Source: Aplysia californica
Lineage: Eukaryota
Direction: 5' to 3'
NCBI RefSeq assembly: GCF_000002075.1
Contig: NW_004797520.1
Location: forward strand, 304,072 to 368,071
DNA length: 64,000 bases
Numbering within the stretch: the stretch's first letter is position 1; the number at the start of each line of letters is the position of its first letter. The translations under genes were made by a program, and so were the position numbers. Of the stretch, positions 27,001 through 40,900 are shown piece after piece. The notes under the pieces are model-generated. The model saw only the letters and a program-made list of their open reading frames with translations, made no database searches and was not told where the DNA came from.

Positions 27001-28953
27001 GCCTGTTTTTCTCTGCAAAGGAATGTTTTGTCTCTAATTTACCTGCCCTAGAATCCATTGTAAAAAAAAAAAATTCTCCTGAGAACCCCATTTGAATTAG
27101 GGAAAAACTTGTAAAAGCGGCGTGCTTCATCACACTTTGCTGTAACTGCTAGGACGTCATTTTTAATGGAGGCGAAGGAAATGGGTGGAAAGTGAGGTTG
27201 GGGAGAAGGGAGTGAGGGTGGGGTGGACTAAGTAGGGGTTGAGCTGTGGCCTGCGAAGGTTTTGTTTTGTCTCCCGATGACCAGATTCTTAGACGGAAAC
27301 CATTGTACCTACACTAGCGTCTGTGGTGGAAGGGTTAGGTTCCCTGTCTAGCTCACAGAGGATGTTCTGTTTTGTAAGTGGGAAATATAGTGTATACAAG
27401 CGTCTGTGGTCTAGTGCCAGTTCAACATCTGCTGCTGATGGTGAGAACATACGACACTGGCGGCAGATTTTGTGTCTCTCTCTCATTGCCTTGTCCTTCT
27501 GTTGTGATGGACATTCTCGTGGCGATGTAGGACCGGTTTCCTCCTGCGAGTCCGTTGTCTTAATCCTCCCTTGTCAGTTTTCTCTTGTTCCGGTGACGAC
27601 CTTTATGTTGAAGTGCAAGTCTGCGAGTCGACAAAATTTACTGGAGGCCGAGCAAATTAGGTGTCATAGTGGAGAATCACTTTATTTGTGTTATAGATGT
27701 ACCATGTCCTTTACCGTAACTGCTTATTTTATGTTATCCTCTCCGAATTAACCATGCTGTAGGTGTTCTATTTTTATTTTGGTTTTATTTGTTTGAATTT
27801 TTGTTCGCAAATTACATTTGTATTGAAGAATATTTCCTGCTTTTCGTTTTGTATTCTCCCAAAAGTTTTCAAGTATATGGTATCCATAAATATAGTATGT
27901 ATGTGTATGTGTATCCTACATACATGTTACCAATGCTTCTTTTTTCATAAAACATATAACATGCATCTGTTCCCCCCATCTTTTCAAGCTCATAATGAAC
28001 TTGGTTTCCTTTATTTCCAAGATGGAACAGCTTGTGTCGATGGAGTAAGCACTGTTTATGAGTGTGCCCATGTCTCAAAATGTCACTCGACGCACACCTC
28101 AATTCTAAAATCCTATTTTTTCAGGTTCCCAGCTTGAAGTGTGGTATTGCTTGACATTTGTTTCTTCATAATCTTTGGTTCAAATGCTGATTCCTGCAAA
28201 CTCTTTCGTTGTATTGGAAAGTTGTGTCCCCTTTCGCCAATATCGCTTCAGTTTATACACACTTTGCATTTTCACAGGAATTTATGTTTTTTTGGTAATG
28301 TCTGTGTTAAAAAAAAAAAAGAAAGAGAAATCGCAAGACTTTTAAAGATGATTTTGATACTTGTCTGATAGCCTTGAATCGGTTTATGAAACATTTCTTT
28401 CAATGCACTGCCATGCTAGCATTTGTGTTGTAGAGCACACAGTCATTATCTTGTCTCGGCTGTTGTTGCAACTTTGACGGCTGCTACCTGGATTATGCAA
28501 TCAGGCCAAAGGTGGCAGCAGAAGCCTCATGTTCGGTGGAGGAATCCCAGGGCTACTCTGAGGCCGCGGGTCCAGATAATTGCCTGAGCTCATAATTCGG
28601 CTTTTGTATGACCTTATTGTGTTGCAAGTGCCATAAAGCTCTTATTAAAACTAAACTGAGCCCGTAAGAAAGACATTTTGTCAAAACTTTCCTCAAAGTC
28701 AATTCACCCAGTGGAGAATGAATCCTCAGCTAACACATGGAGAGATCTAGGCAGTATATACAACATGTATGTTTGAGCTCCTGTAAAAAAGGTTGATTTA
28801 TTCTAACGTTTCTCAGGAAGTTGAGTATGTTTTGGGTTATTACAATAAAACATTATCATCCTTCAGGGTATTAATAGAATGTAAGAGGCAGAGGGCCTAC
28901 TGTCAAATTGGATACAAAATTCAATCAGTTGTTATTATTGTGATTATGGTTAA

Positions 28954-28987
<34 letters not shown>

Positions 28988-31900
28988 ACTATCATTATCA
29001 TTTGTGGTAGTACTTTTTTGTTAAGTATTTATTCTATAAGTGTTGGAAAATTTGAGACAGTCGCGCAAACGTGAAGCCATCGTTTCCCTCTGCTTGATGC
29101 TGAGGTGCCGTTAGTTGAGGGAATTCCTCCAACACGCAGAGTTGCTCTGTTTGAATTGTGTAATGGAATCTGAATGTTCTTTGCTAAGGTAGAGCAATTT
29201 CCCTTACAGCTTGTTGTCCTGGTTTGAGACTTATTAAAGTAGTTTGATTTGTGTCTAATTCTAATTGGACGCAATGTTTCCTATTTTTGAAAATGTTGCA
29301 AAGGATAGTGTGCTGTTCTTGAAACAGAAGTAATTCAACGGAGGCGTCAAAGCCATGACGACAGGGAGACTTAGAAAAGTTTATAGTGGAAAACTTTTTA
29401 CTAGTGTTTTTGATAACAGAGAGAATAAATGTGTTTTTTACAAACTGGCAACCTTTTTAAAGATGCTTTAGAGAGCAGAGAGAATTTGTGTTTTTTACAA
29501 ACTGCTATCCATCTAGGTCTATATATTGTGACCTATACCAGAGGTTTGGTCACTTGTTTTCTCAGTTTCTGCATCGACACAGTTGTAATTGCTGTTTACT
29601 TTACTTTGTCTGTTAAATTTACAAGTTCTAGAATGCTCAAGCTGTTAAATATTCCCTCTATGTGACTCAAACTGCTGTGTTTTTGTGAGCGCTGTAGTGT
29701 TTTAGCGTGCATGCGTGCCTGTCGTCAAGTGGCCTCATCTATTGTATCTTTTGCTTGCTGCATGCGCATGGCCATTTTGCTCCGCAGAGTTGCCTTAGTT
29801 TCTGACTCACAATGTTTTTATCACCCTAGCACGGACAGTTATGTAGATACCTTTTTAGAAGATTATGATTATGAAATTTTAAAATCTTATGTTTAATTAA
29901 ATAGTTATCAATTTTACATCTCTTTATAATATATTTTACTGTACAGGACTTGGTAAGATTTAGCGTTATTGTTACTAATACTAAAGTTGCTTTTACTTTT
30001 ATTAATACAATTATTATTGTTGCAGTTGGTGATTTTTATAACGGTTTCTTTTTTTAGCAGTAAAATTGTTACAGATTCAGTTTTACCATCCATTGTAGTG
30101 GAAATTCTTGCTGTTGATGATTGTAAAAGGAATAATTTGTAACATGAAAAGATTTCATTGCAGTATTTGGAATTCCTTGTTTTATAGTTTTGAAACAGAT
30201 TTCCTTATTAAAAAAGTACTTGAACTTAAAATTAATTTTCTCCAATAATCAAGCTAGAGTGCTATTTTTCCATGTGTATATTATTTTGTGTGGATTTCAA
30301 GTTTCACTCCATGTTGTTTGTAAACTTCCATCGTTCACAGTTGTATGAAAATTTTGTTCCTAATCCAGGGGCTTGGCATGATGACTACAGTGACTTTGCC
30401 GGTCTACAACCGCAGCGCGGGATCTGTACGTGAACTCTCTTTTCTTTTATGAGAAAGACTTTTTTCTTCTTTTTTTTTTCTTTTTTCTTTTTTTTTTTTT
30501 TAAAGATATGCCTGTATTTGGTTGGAGTGCACCCCTGGGAGGTCCTACTTCTTTTCTTTCTGTCAGTTGTTTCTGTCTGTCTATCTTGCTTCTTCCCTGC
30601 ACTATATATATGCCTACTTCTGATGTTGATGTGTTTCTCTTTACTCCAACATTTCTTTTGATAATGACAAGATGTTAGTGTGTAGACAAAATATTTATTA
30701 AGGCCTAAGAGTATGAGCAGAATGACTTGTCACCTAGAAGCAGAAGCAAATAGAAGTGAGACGTGATGAATCTGCCTTCCTCTTGAGATAAAGCAGTTAT
30801 CTCAAGTTATAGTCAAATTTATACATAGGTAACGGTTTTCAACCCACCCCCCCCATTGTAAAATTTGTACATCTTTATTTCTTGATAGCCTGTAGTCTGT
30901 ATAAGCTGGTGTTGTGTCAAATAACAGCTGCTGCGTGAACTGTTTGTGATTATATACATATGTGAATTGTTTGTGAATATACCTGTGCTGTGTGTGAACT
31001 TGCAGTCGAACCAGACCATCCTGGGAGTAATGGGGGTTGATGTGACCACGGCTGAGCTGGAGTCCAAGTCGCCGTTTTCTAAGGTCTGTGGCCTTGTCAA
31101 ATTTGACTTAATTTGAATTTCTCAATGTGTTATTGCTCAATTCTGTACAACTATTGGAAAGCAGTGAAAAGAATTTGTTCATTGTTTCAGAAAGCAACAT
31201 CCCAGCATTCCGGACATATCATTTGATGCTCCGTTGCTCCCTCCAAAATGTCGCTGAGGGTCTTTCTAGAGAGAAAAGAAAAGAAAGATAAAATTCTTAA
31301 CTAAGAATTGAAAGTGTTTGGAGAGGAGGTTTCCTGATTGAATTGTCAGAGACAGGACTTCATTTTATAAAATAAAATTGACTTTTTTTCCATCTATATT
31401 CAATTTCCTCAGTTTCTGTAAAAACTTTGACTGTAATAATTGTTTCATTTTTTGTGTGCTTTTAATCATTGTTCAAAACTTAAGTGTATTTTCAGATGTT
31501 TTTTTTTTAACTTGCAGTTTTAACTTTTTTCAAAGTAAGGGAAAAGTTAGTCACATGAATATGATTTATAAACTGTTAACTAATTTTTTATTGTATCCTT
31601 TCCATCCAGATGGGGCCAAACGGATACACATTTGCTATTAACCCAAATGGCTATGTGGTGTTTCATCCTAACCTGAAGACAGGGGTGAGTTCAACAATTG
31701 GTCAGCTCATCAAGCTTAGAAATAAATGCACATAATCTACATGGTTTCTACAAGAATGAAAGCATCAGAAACGGTCTCTGTTATCAATGTTTAAAATATC
31801 ATGTTTTTATGAATTTCAAGTAACGTTATGTTTAAAGTTAAATTTGTTTACAAAAGTTCAAGATTTTTTATTTCTTGCCCTATCGGAGCTCTGGTATGTA

Positions 31901-34900
31901 AAGCTGCCATGAATGTTACATTGAGGAAAATATTTCCTGATCGTTATGTTTTTGTAAGTACTCTTTTGCAGTGTATCTATCTTTATTGTAAGATGCTACT
32001 TGATGTCTTTATTCGAATGACTTGCTTGCCATATCTGAATTTGATCTGGATGACAGTAGAATGGTGCTGACGATGTCTTTTGAATGTCGGAAATTGTGTG
32101 ATGTTGTTCCTTTATCTGTGCAGGGCACCTTCATGAAAGAACCGCCCAATGTGGACATCATGGAGTTGGAGGTTCACAGGGAAGACAAGGATGATGCGAT
32201 TAATTCGGTATGTACCTTATTGAGGGAAGATAACTAAGTTCTTTATGAAGACAAGGATGATGCGATAAATTCGGTATGTATATCGTTGTAGGAAGATAAC
32301 TATGTTCTTTATGAAGACAAGGATGATGTGATAAATTCGGTATGTATATCGTCGTAGGAAGATAACTAAGTTCTTTATGAAGACAAGGATGATGCGATAA
32401 ATTCGGTATGTATATCATCGTAGGAAGATAACTAATTTCTTTACGAAAACAAAGATAATGCAATAAATTAATTATGTAAGGTGTACACAAACGCTGAAAT
32501 ATTTAGCTTTTTATTTACTAAAGAATTGTAATTTCACATCATGGGAAGTAGGAAAAATAGTGTGAGAAGAAAGGGGACAGAAAGAAGGAGAAATTTAGAG
32601 AAGATACGTCTTAACTTGCTCCTATTACCTTTGATAGTCACTGTTTGCTGACTTGTATTTTCCATTTCTACAGTTACGGAACAGCATGATAGAAGGCAAT
32701 CGAGGCAAGAAAGTGATCACCACCTTGTTCTTATCTCCTGACCAAGTAAGTGACAGACTGAGACCGGGTGGGGAGTGGGTGGTTGGAGGGTGCTCTGGTG
32801 TGGTTTGCTTCTTGTTTGCTCCTTTTTTCCTATCAAACATCTATTGTCTTTATCTCCCCTCCTCCTTTTTTATGTTAGTTACTCTCTTGTAACGCCTCTA
32901 ATCTTCGGCACTTATATGACCTTATTGTGTTGCAAGTACCGTAAAACTCGTACGTACCAAAATTTTTTAAAAAACTGGACATGATGTGGTTAGTTTTGAA
33001 GGCGATTATCTAGGATTAGTGGCCGTTGCAGAATTTTGACTGCTTTAATTTGTTGTTCTTGTCACAGAAAAGAAGTAAGTCATTTTTTTGCATATTGTGA
33101 AAGATAGTTGAAAATATCTGTTCTCTGTGGGTGGTTGGTGGGTGCTCAGGTGTGGTTTGCTCCTTCTTTTCTATCGAACGTCTATCATCCTTATCTCCCC
33201 TCCTCCTTTTTTATGTTTGTTACTCTCTTGTAACACCTCTAATCTTCTGGCGCTCATATGACCTTATGCAGTTGCGAGTGCCATAAAACCTCTACTTTAA
33301 AAAAATATAAAAATCCGTTCTCTTGTGCCTTGCAGAGATATGTGACTGAGAGCCAGGCTCGCTACGCCTTCACGCCGATCGAAAACACAACCTTCAGGTG
33401 AGAAATATACATTGATCTTTTTTGTTTCAGTTTTACAACAATTCTGCTGTTATGCATGCTGCAATTTTGGTTGGAGATATTAAACTCCTTTTGTGGGTGG
33501 TTGATGGGTGCACTGGTGTGGTTTTTCTTCTTCTGTCCTATCAAACATTTACCGTCCTTATCTCCCCTCCTTCTTTTTTATGTATGTTACTCTCTTGTAA
33601 CACTTCTATTCTTTAGCACTTATATGACCTTATTGTGTTGTGAGCACTGTAAAACCTCTACTAAAACAAAACAAACTCTTATTAAAGAGAAAAAAACCTT
33701 TTTTCATCTTTAGGGCTTTTTGAATGAACATTTACAAAAACAAATGTTTCTCAAGAAGCTGAGAATGTTTTAAAACATTGAAGGGTAAGGTCAGGATAAT
33801 GATTAATTGTAAAGTGTGTCCAGCCATCTTTTTATAGGGATATAAGCTGTATACATGTGAATTATCATTATTATTATAAGTGCTGCAGTACATCTTCTGC
33901 AAAGACTGTTGTCTTTATTTCGTTGTAAGGTGACATGTTTTTTGTCATCATGTTGAGTCTCTGAAGTGTTGAGATTGATTGAAACTTTTTTTTACTTTAT
34001 TTAAATTGAAGCCCATTTCGAACTGTCAATGAGTGCCTTCAAACATAATGCACTGTAGAAGAAAATAGGTCTTTGGAGATAAGTTCATTTGAGAAAGCAG
34101 TCTCCATCTCCAAATATGGGCATTTTTTTGGCCATTGGCTTTGTTCTCATGTTTGCCGTCTACCAGTGCCATTGCATCTGTCCATGGCAGAAATAAAAGT
34201 GCTGCCGACCTATTTAGAAGTTGCCCTGTGGTAATTCCTAAGAATGATGATGCTATTTCAACACAATATTTGACAAAAAAACAAGTAACGTGGCAATTTT
34301 TCTTTTTTGTTAATTAATTTTTCTTCTCATTAACTCATTCGCTACGTATTATTTTCGGCTTGTGGAAGAATTTTTTTCGGGAGGGCGAAATGAGATGATG
34401 ACTAGTGCGCAGTTCACAGGTCTTGGGGGCCATAAATTCAAATAAATATCAACATATTATATACCAACATTTTCAGTATGGTTTGTAGAGTACATCTGTA
34501 TCGTTTATTTGAGTATTTTTAAACTTTGGTTCCTGTAAGAGGCGATTATGCAACACAATTGTGATTGGCTGCGGATAAAATTTGAAAACAAAAAATTTAT
34601 AATCTCAGCTGAAACTCAAAAAATATGTTTGCACCTAGTCAAATTATACTTCAAAATAACCATAACTGTATATAGAACAGGAAAATATTGAAAAATGAGC
34701 AGTTATTTACATACATTCCATAATATTTGTACATTTGGATCATAACCTCAGATATTGGAAAAAAAAAAAAAATTTAAAATAATTTTGAAAAAGAAGGATC
34801 CCAAACAGAAAAAAACACTCGTATCTTATATGGAATTATTCTGAATTGCATTTGCAATAAACCTATACATGTCTTGGGTGGTACTTTTTGAGTAAATTCA

Positions 34901-37900
34901 CCAAAAAGTAGTGATTTTGGGGCGGAAAAAAATATTTTGACTATTTAGATCTAGGCTTAGATCTAGATATATAGATCCCGCACTCAAAAATATTGATTTC
35001 TCAATTACAGTGCACTGGCAATTTGAGTCCAGTAGTATCAATATTATAAAGAAGAGTCCTACACTTCTTTAGTGAGCAAAATAATGATACATTTTGTTGT
35101 GTAAAAGTACTAAGACTGGTGTCTGGGCTATAATTTGGGCTTCGCATAAACTTCGAAATCGTGTTTCAAAACTGAATCAAAACTTCCGATTTTAGGTGGA
35201 AACGCTTGACCCGGAAGTCAACTTTATATTGTGACCTTTATTTTAACATGGATATGTGGATTGGAATAGAAACCAAGCTAAAATTGAACGTCGATTCTCG
35301 AGCCGCGGGGGGTGGCTTAGCGTACTGACGACACTTTAGCCGTGCCGCCCCCCACGGCTCGGCTTAGCGAATGAGTTAATACCATCTGCAAAGTAGGAAT
35401 GTATTCAAATCTGATGTTTGCCTTATGTTTTTTCTTCTCAGATTGGGCATCAGCGTTCCTCTCTATCAAAAGATGTACCCAAAATTTGAGGGATCCATAC
35501 CTGCCTTAAGTAATTCTCTTTTTTGTCTTTATTGCAATGTTTTTCATGTCCACACCTGCCTTAAGAAATCCTCTTTTGTGTTTGTAATACGTTTTTCATA
35601 TCTTTAACTGCCGTAAGAAAATCACTTTTCTTCTATTACACAATAAACCTTTTTTGTCATTACATGCCTTCCCTCCTCCCCCCCCCCCCCTAACTGGGTT
35701 TTTATTAAACTTGGTAACACTACTGTGTATTTATTGGTCAGGTCTTGAGGAGAGCCTCTCAACATGTGCACAGTAGGGTAAAGGAGGATGCTGAGGAAAG
35801 TTTATTGCCCTCAGCTCAGTGTGTTTGTCGGTGGATGTATATTTTTAGAACAGGCTTTTAAGGATGTAAATGATATGGGAAGACTATTGCTGCACAGATC
35901 CAGGCTAGGCCTTTAGGTACACCGGTTTTGTATGGACTATGTTCATTGTCAGAGATAAATATGTGAAGCCTCTTTTGTGTGAACCGAATGCTCTGGATCG
36001 ATAACGACAACATGAACCGAATGCTCTGAAATTCACTGCCTTGTATTCTGCTTTTTCTTTCAGGATGGAAGAATCTGGAATCTGATTTCTACAGCATTTT
36101 GGTTGCCCCCTGGTAAGTTGTGGAATGGCAGTTTGCCATGCTTTGGAACTTGTGAGAAGGAATTGATGGAACTTTGAAATAATGTTTGTTAAGTTCTAAT
36201 CTCGTCCAAGGTTGTCTGATACTGAAGAAGATCATTTTGGCTTTCTCAAAACTCTTCATTTTTTATTTAGTTTATTTTGATTGTTTTTGTGTTTACGAAA
36301 ACAAGAAAAATGAGGATAATTGGGATGCTAGATTACTAGTACCGCCACCGCTGCCCCCCCCCCCCCATATTTTTTATACTGCAGAATGCACCTAGCAAGT
36401 TTTTAAGGTGTATATGTGTAAAAGATGAGTTGCAGCATTATATTTGTCCCACATTATAGGGAAATATAAGGGAGTTGAGAGGGTGTAGCTGGTGTTGTCC
36501 TCTCTACAAGGGACACACGGAGACAGTTTTGTTTCTGTTACATTATTCTGTACGTCCTCCACTGTCACGTGTGAGTTTTACGTACTCACGCTTCGTAACT
36601 CTCAGTGCAATGCCTTTTTGCCTTCTCTGCTACACTGAAATGTGGAACATTGTGCAGTTCTATAATTGCACCAGGTGGATGTCTATACGGTTTTGAAGAG
36701 ATTGACCTAGAAAAGTAGAGTCACTGATTCCTGATTCTGGAACGTTTTGCAGTTCCGTGATGCACCCGGTAGATTCGATAAGGTTTTTAAAAGATTGACC
36801 CAGAAAAGTAGAGTCGTTGATTCCTGATTCTCTTCTTTATTCCCGTATCAGGAACTACTACAAAAATGCAACACATCCAGAGAAACAGACGATGGACGAT
36901 CTTCAAACTTGGCTCAGCAATGACCCAAACCCTGACCACTGTAAGAAGCTTTGCTCTCAATAGACGGATTATATGGATATTAGAAACACTTGAACCCAAA
37001 CTGTTTTCCGATTTGCTATTTATTTGTATTTGTAACTGTTCTCTTTTTAACTTACTTAAACTGAGATCAAATGATGAATTGAACCCTATGAAAAGCTGCT
37101 GTTGTTTTTCTTTTGTGTGTTTTTTGTAGTGCAGTCAGGTTGCTCTGTTTTTCTTCTTTGCAAGTGCAGTTGAATGATTGTGTTTCAGTCAAAAGTTACG
37201 TTTTTAATTAATTTTAGAAGGACAAAAAGGTCAATTTGGGTTTCTGGATAAATATTTTGCTGTTGTTGTTCCTGGACTTTGATTTGAATTGTTATGCTTA
37301 GCTTGTGTCTGTGATATGATCTAGACCTAGAAATCGTGTACTGGGTACTAGATACGATTAGATGTGACAAGATAAGATAATACTTTATTATCCCAGATGT
37401 ACACGTAAATCTCATAGAGTATTGTACGTCCACTAAATTCATCTATATGTGCAAAATGGGATCCAGGTCTGTGGGAAATCTGATCAAGAGCCATCTTGTG
37501 TTGTTTGGTATGTTGTCAAAGTTTAAACATCTATTGTCCTTATCTCCCCTCCTTCTTTTTGGTGTTTGTTACTCCCTTGTAACACCTCTGATCTTTGGCA
37601 CTTATATGACCTTATTGTGTTTCAAGTGCAGCAAAACTCCTATGCAAAAGAAATAAAAATGAAAAAATGAAAAATGACTCATCCCCCCTTCCCCCTCCCC
37701 CTCTCAGGGAACCTGGACCTGCTGTACCACCTGTACTGGGACACCCACATCCTGGAGTCAGGGCTCATCACCTTCCTCAGGAACAACATGTAAGGGACAC
37801 GACACGTTCTTGCAGGACACGTTTTGAGTCTATCTTGCTGTACACGTTCTGTTGGTCAGGACACATGACACTTTCTGTTGGACAGGAGCCGTTCTAGGAC

Positions 37901-40900
37901 ACAATCTGTCGGTCAGGACATGTTCTGTTGTCAGGACACGTTCTGTTGGTTGGACGCGTTCTCGTGACACCAGTGCTTTCTTGTCAGATCTCCATTTTTA
38001 ATAACAGTGAAAACAGTTCATAACAAAGAGTGAGCTGAAGAAGAAGTCACATTTTCATTGTTTATAAGAATGGAGATATGACAAGAAAGCAAAGAGGTCG
38101 TGTTCTGTTGGTCAGGACATGTTCTGTTGTCAGGACATGTCTGTAGGTCTGTTGGTCAATCTTGCTGTAAACAGATTTACAATACGGCCAAAAATACTCT
38201 GTTAGTTTTACGAAGAATTGAGTTAGGGGTAGGATTTATAAACCATGTATGCTTTTGAGGTCTTTTAGGCCTACGTACTCTAGATTTCAGTTGTGAGTTT
38301 TGTCTTATAGCTCCTTATCGTGAACCTAGTATATGTTTCCAAGTTTCAGTTGCTGTCAAAATAGGTTTCCTAATTCTAAACATTTCCTGGAGTCCAAAGG
38401 GGCTCAGGACAGATAAGCGTAGCGTCGACTTCTCTCCGTCTTATATACCTGACAGTATAGGGAGAGAGTAAGTAAGTAAATTTACCAAGCCATGCCGTTG
38501 ATAAGGAGCTGGAATCGGTGGACCTGAGTCTGAAAGTTGACAGCTTTTATCTTGTATTGACCACCGTCAATGGATAGGCTGTTTCACCAGGGTAGTAACC
38601 TCGGCGGCTCACATTAGAATATACGATATGGAACTTTACTTGTCCTGTTCAGGAAATTGTTTCTGACATGCTGTAGTTATTGAGAGGAATGTGTGGGTGT
38701 ATGACGGGTGCTCTGGTGTGGTTTGCTTCTTTTTTTCCTATCAAACATCTATCATCTTTATCTCTGCTTCTTTTTTGTGTTTGTTACTCTCTTGTAACTC
38801 CTCTAGTCTTCAGCACTTATGTGACCTTATTGTGTTGCAAGTGCCGTAAAACTCTTACTAAAACTGAACTATCTCTCCTCCTTCTTTTTTGTGTTTGTTA
38901 CTCTCTTGTAACACCTCTAATCTTCGACACTTATATGACCTTATTGTGTTGCAAGTGCCGTAAAACACTTACAAAAGCTAAAATGAGAGGAATGTGAGGG
39001 AATGAAATGGGTTCAATCCGGGCCGAGTAATGGGACAAGACACGACTTTCTCACCCAGCTCATGCCATTTTGCTTCTGCAGAAATAATAGCACAAACGCG
39101 TCGGACACTGGCGTGTTCTCTCCCCTTGATGATGATGATGAGTAAGAGTTGCTTTTCTTTTCACTGCTGCTGGTGGAGGTTTATGAAGCATGAGGGATTG
39201 TACGGTTTATTGAAATAATAAGAGCATGGTTAGAACTAACCCAAATTAGGTCAAGATTTCGAGTTTGTTTGCTGATCACATAGGTGGTTAGCTGGTGCTC
39301 TGGTGTGGTTTGCTCTTTCTTTCCTATTAGATTAAACATATATCATTCTCATCTTTCCGTCTGTGCTAAAGTATAACTATTGAGTTACACCTCTAACCTT
39401 TGACGATGAAATGACCTATCTGTGTGGCAAGTGCCATAAAACTCGTACTAAAACTAAACTCTCCGACCTGTCTTTGCATTTTCTTTTTTTGCATCCGTGG
39501 TGATGGGTTTTGACGCATGGTTTCACATAGACAGCCTTCAGCATTGAATGATAGCAGATTATTATCTTTGTTGAAAGAATCTGCTGGTCTTTCAACATAC
39601 AAAGAGTCTCACTCATGCCCAACTCGTTTTTAACCCTTTTGATAGGACATGTTTTCCATTCCCTGATACGTCAAGATGTCGAAAATTGTGTACGTCCAAT
39701 AAGGCATTGAAGTGGTTAATACTTTACCATAAAATTTTTGGGGAAAATCCAAAGAAACTGAGTGGTAAACATCGCCAATCGGCGAGATGATGCGGCCAAG
39801 TGTTTATTAATGAAGGACCATCGGACCAGAGTTGGAGCTCTGGATCATGGAACAGTTACTCTAATTTTTAAAAATTCTGGTACTCGTTTGTTGAATTAAC
39901 TGTTAAAACTCTCTGGGTGCTTGGTTAGGGCTTTGGTGCGGTCTGCTGCTGCTTGTTCTTTTTGATAATGGTATTGTTCTGATTGCTACAGATTTCGTAC
40001 TTTAAAAAATAAGGTGGTGGTTTTTTAACCCCAGTTTAACGAAACAAACAGACACTAATGAATAAAAAGTTTTGTTTTTAAATAAAGACAGTTATTCCTT
40101 TGCTCAGCGGTACTTATTGAATTTCCCACTGCAGCAGCATGCACACAACACTTAAGGATATGTTTTTGTTCTACATACATATATATATATATATATATAT
40201 ACTAAGCCTGTTATAAAGAACTCTGTTATTTATTCATTTCACCTCTGGGAAAGGTATCTGGTGCATGGTTCGAACAAACAACCTTTGGGAGTGGCAATTC
40301 ACCCAAATTGTACTATAGTTTGGGCAAGGAAACATCTTCACTTTTTCAACATGCTGCTTTTCTTAGTTTTTCTGCACCCGCGGGGCGAGAGTCCAATAGA
40401 GCATGTGTGGTTGGTTGGCGGGTGTTCTGGTGTGGTTTGCTTCTTCTTTCCTATCAAAAATCGATCGTTTCTATCTTCCGTCCTTCTTTTTTGTGTTTGT
40501 TACACTCTTGTAACACCTCTAATCTTCAGCACTCATATTACCGTATTGTGTTGCAAATGCAGTAAAACTCTTACTAAAACTAATAAAAAGAGCATGTGAT
40601 TGTTAAGGGGTAATAGGATAACACATGGCATGGCATGTTTCTTTTACGCCAATGTCGCGACAGATGGAAGGTAAGGAGTAAGGAGGGGGTGTGAACAGAG
40701 CTTTTCCCAGGGCACTTACTTATATGACCTTATTGTGTTGCAAGTGCCGTAAAACTCTTACTAAAACTAAAACGATAAGGGGTTCTGAATGGGGAGGAAT
40801 GACTGATTGCAGACTGCATGAATGATTCGTCTCAATCCCAGTCAAGCTTGAGTTTATCATTTCTGGATACCATAGAATCTGAGTGCATTTTTGACGGCCC

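Noticed and set aside
28022-29896. Two-exon acidic alternative C-terminus (MEQLVSMD+[21 protein letters not shown])
   Set aside because: Phase-compatible, but with no homology or other support; such pairs arise by chance in 15 kb.
40664-40670. 7-nt microexon candidate cag|ATGGAAG|gtaagg
   Set aside because: Breaks the frame between exons 25 and 26, which already join correctly; would need an unsupported alternative acceptor.
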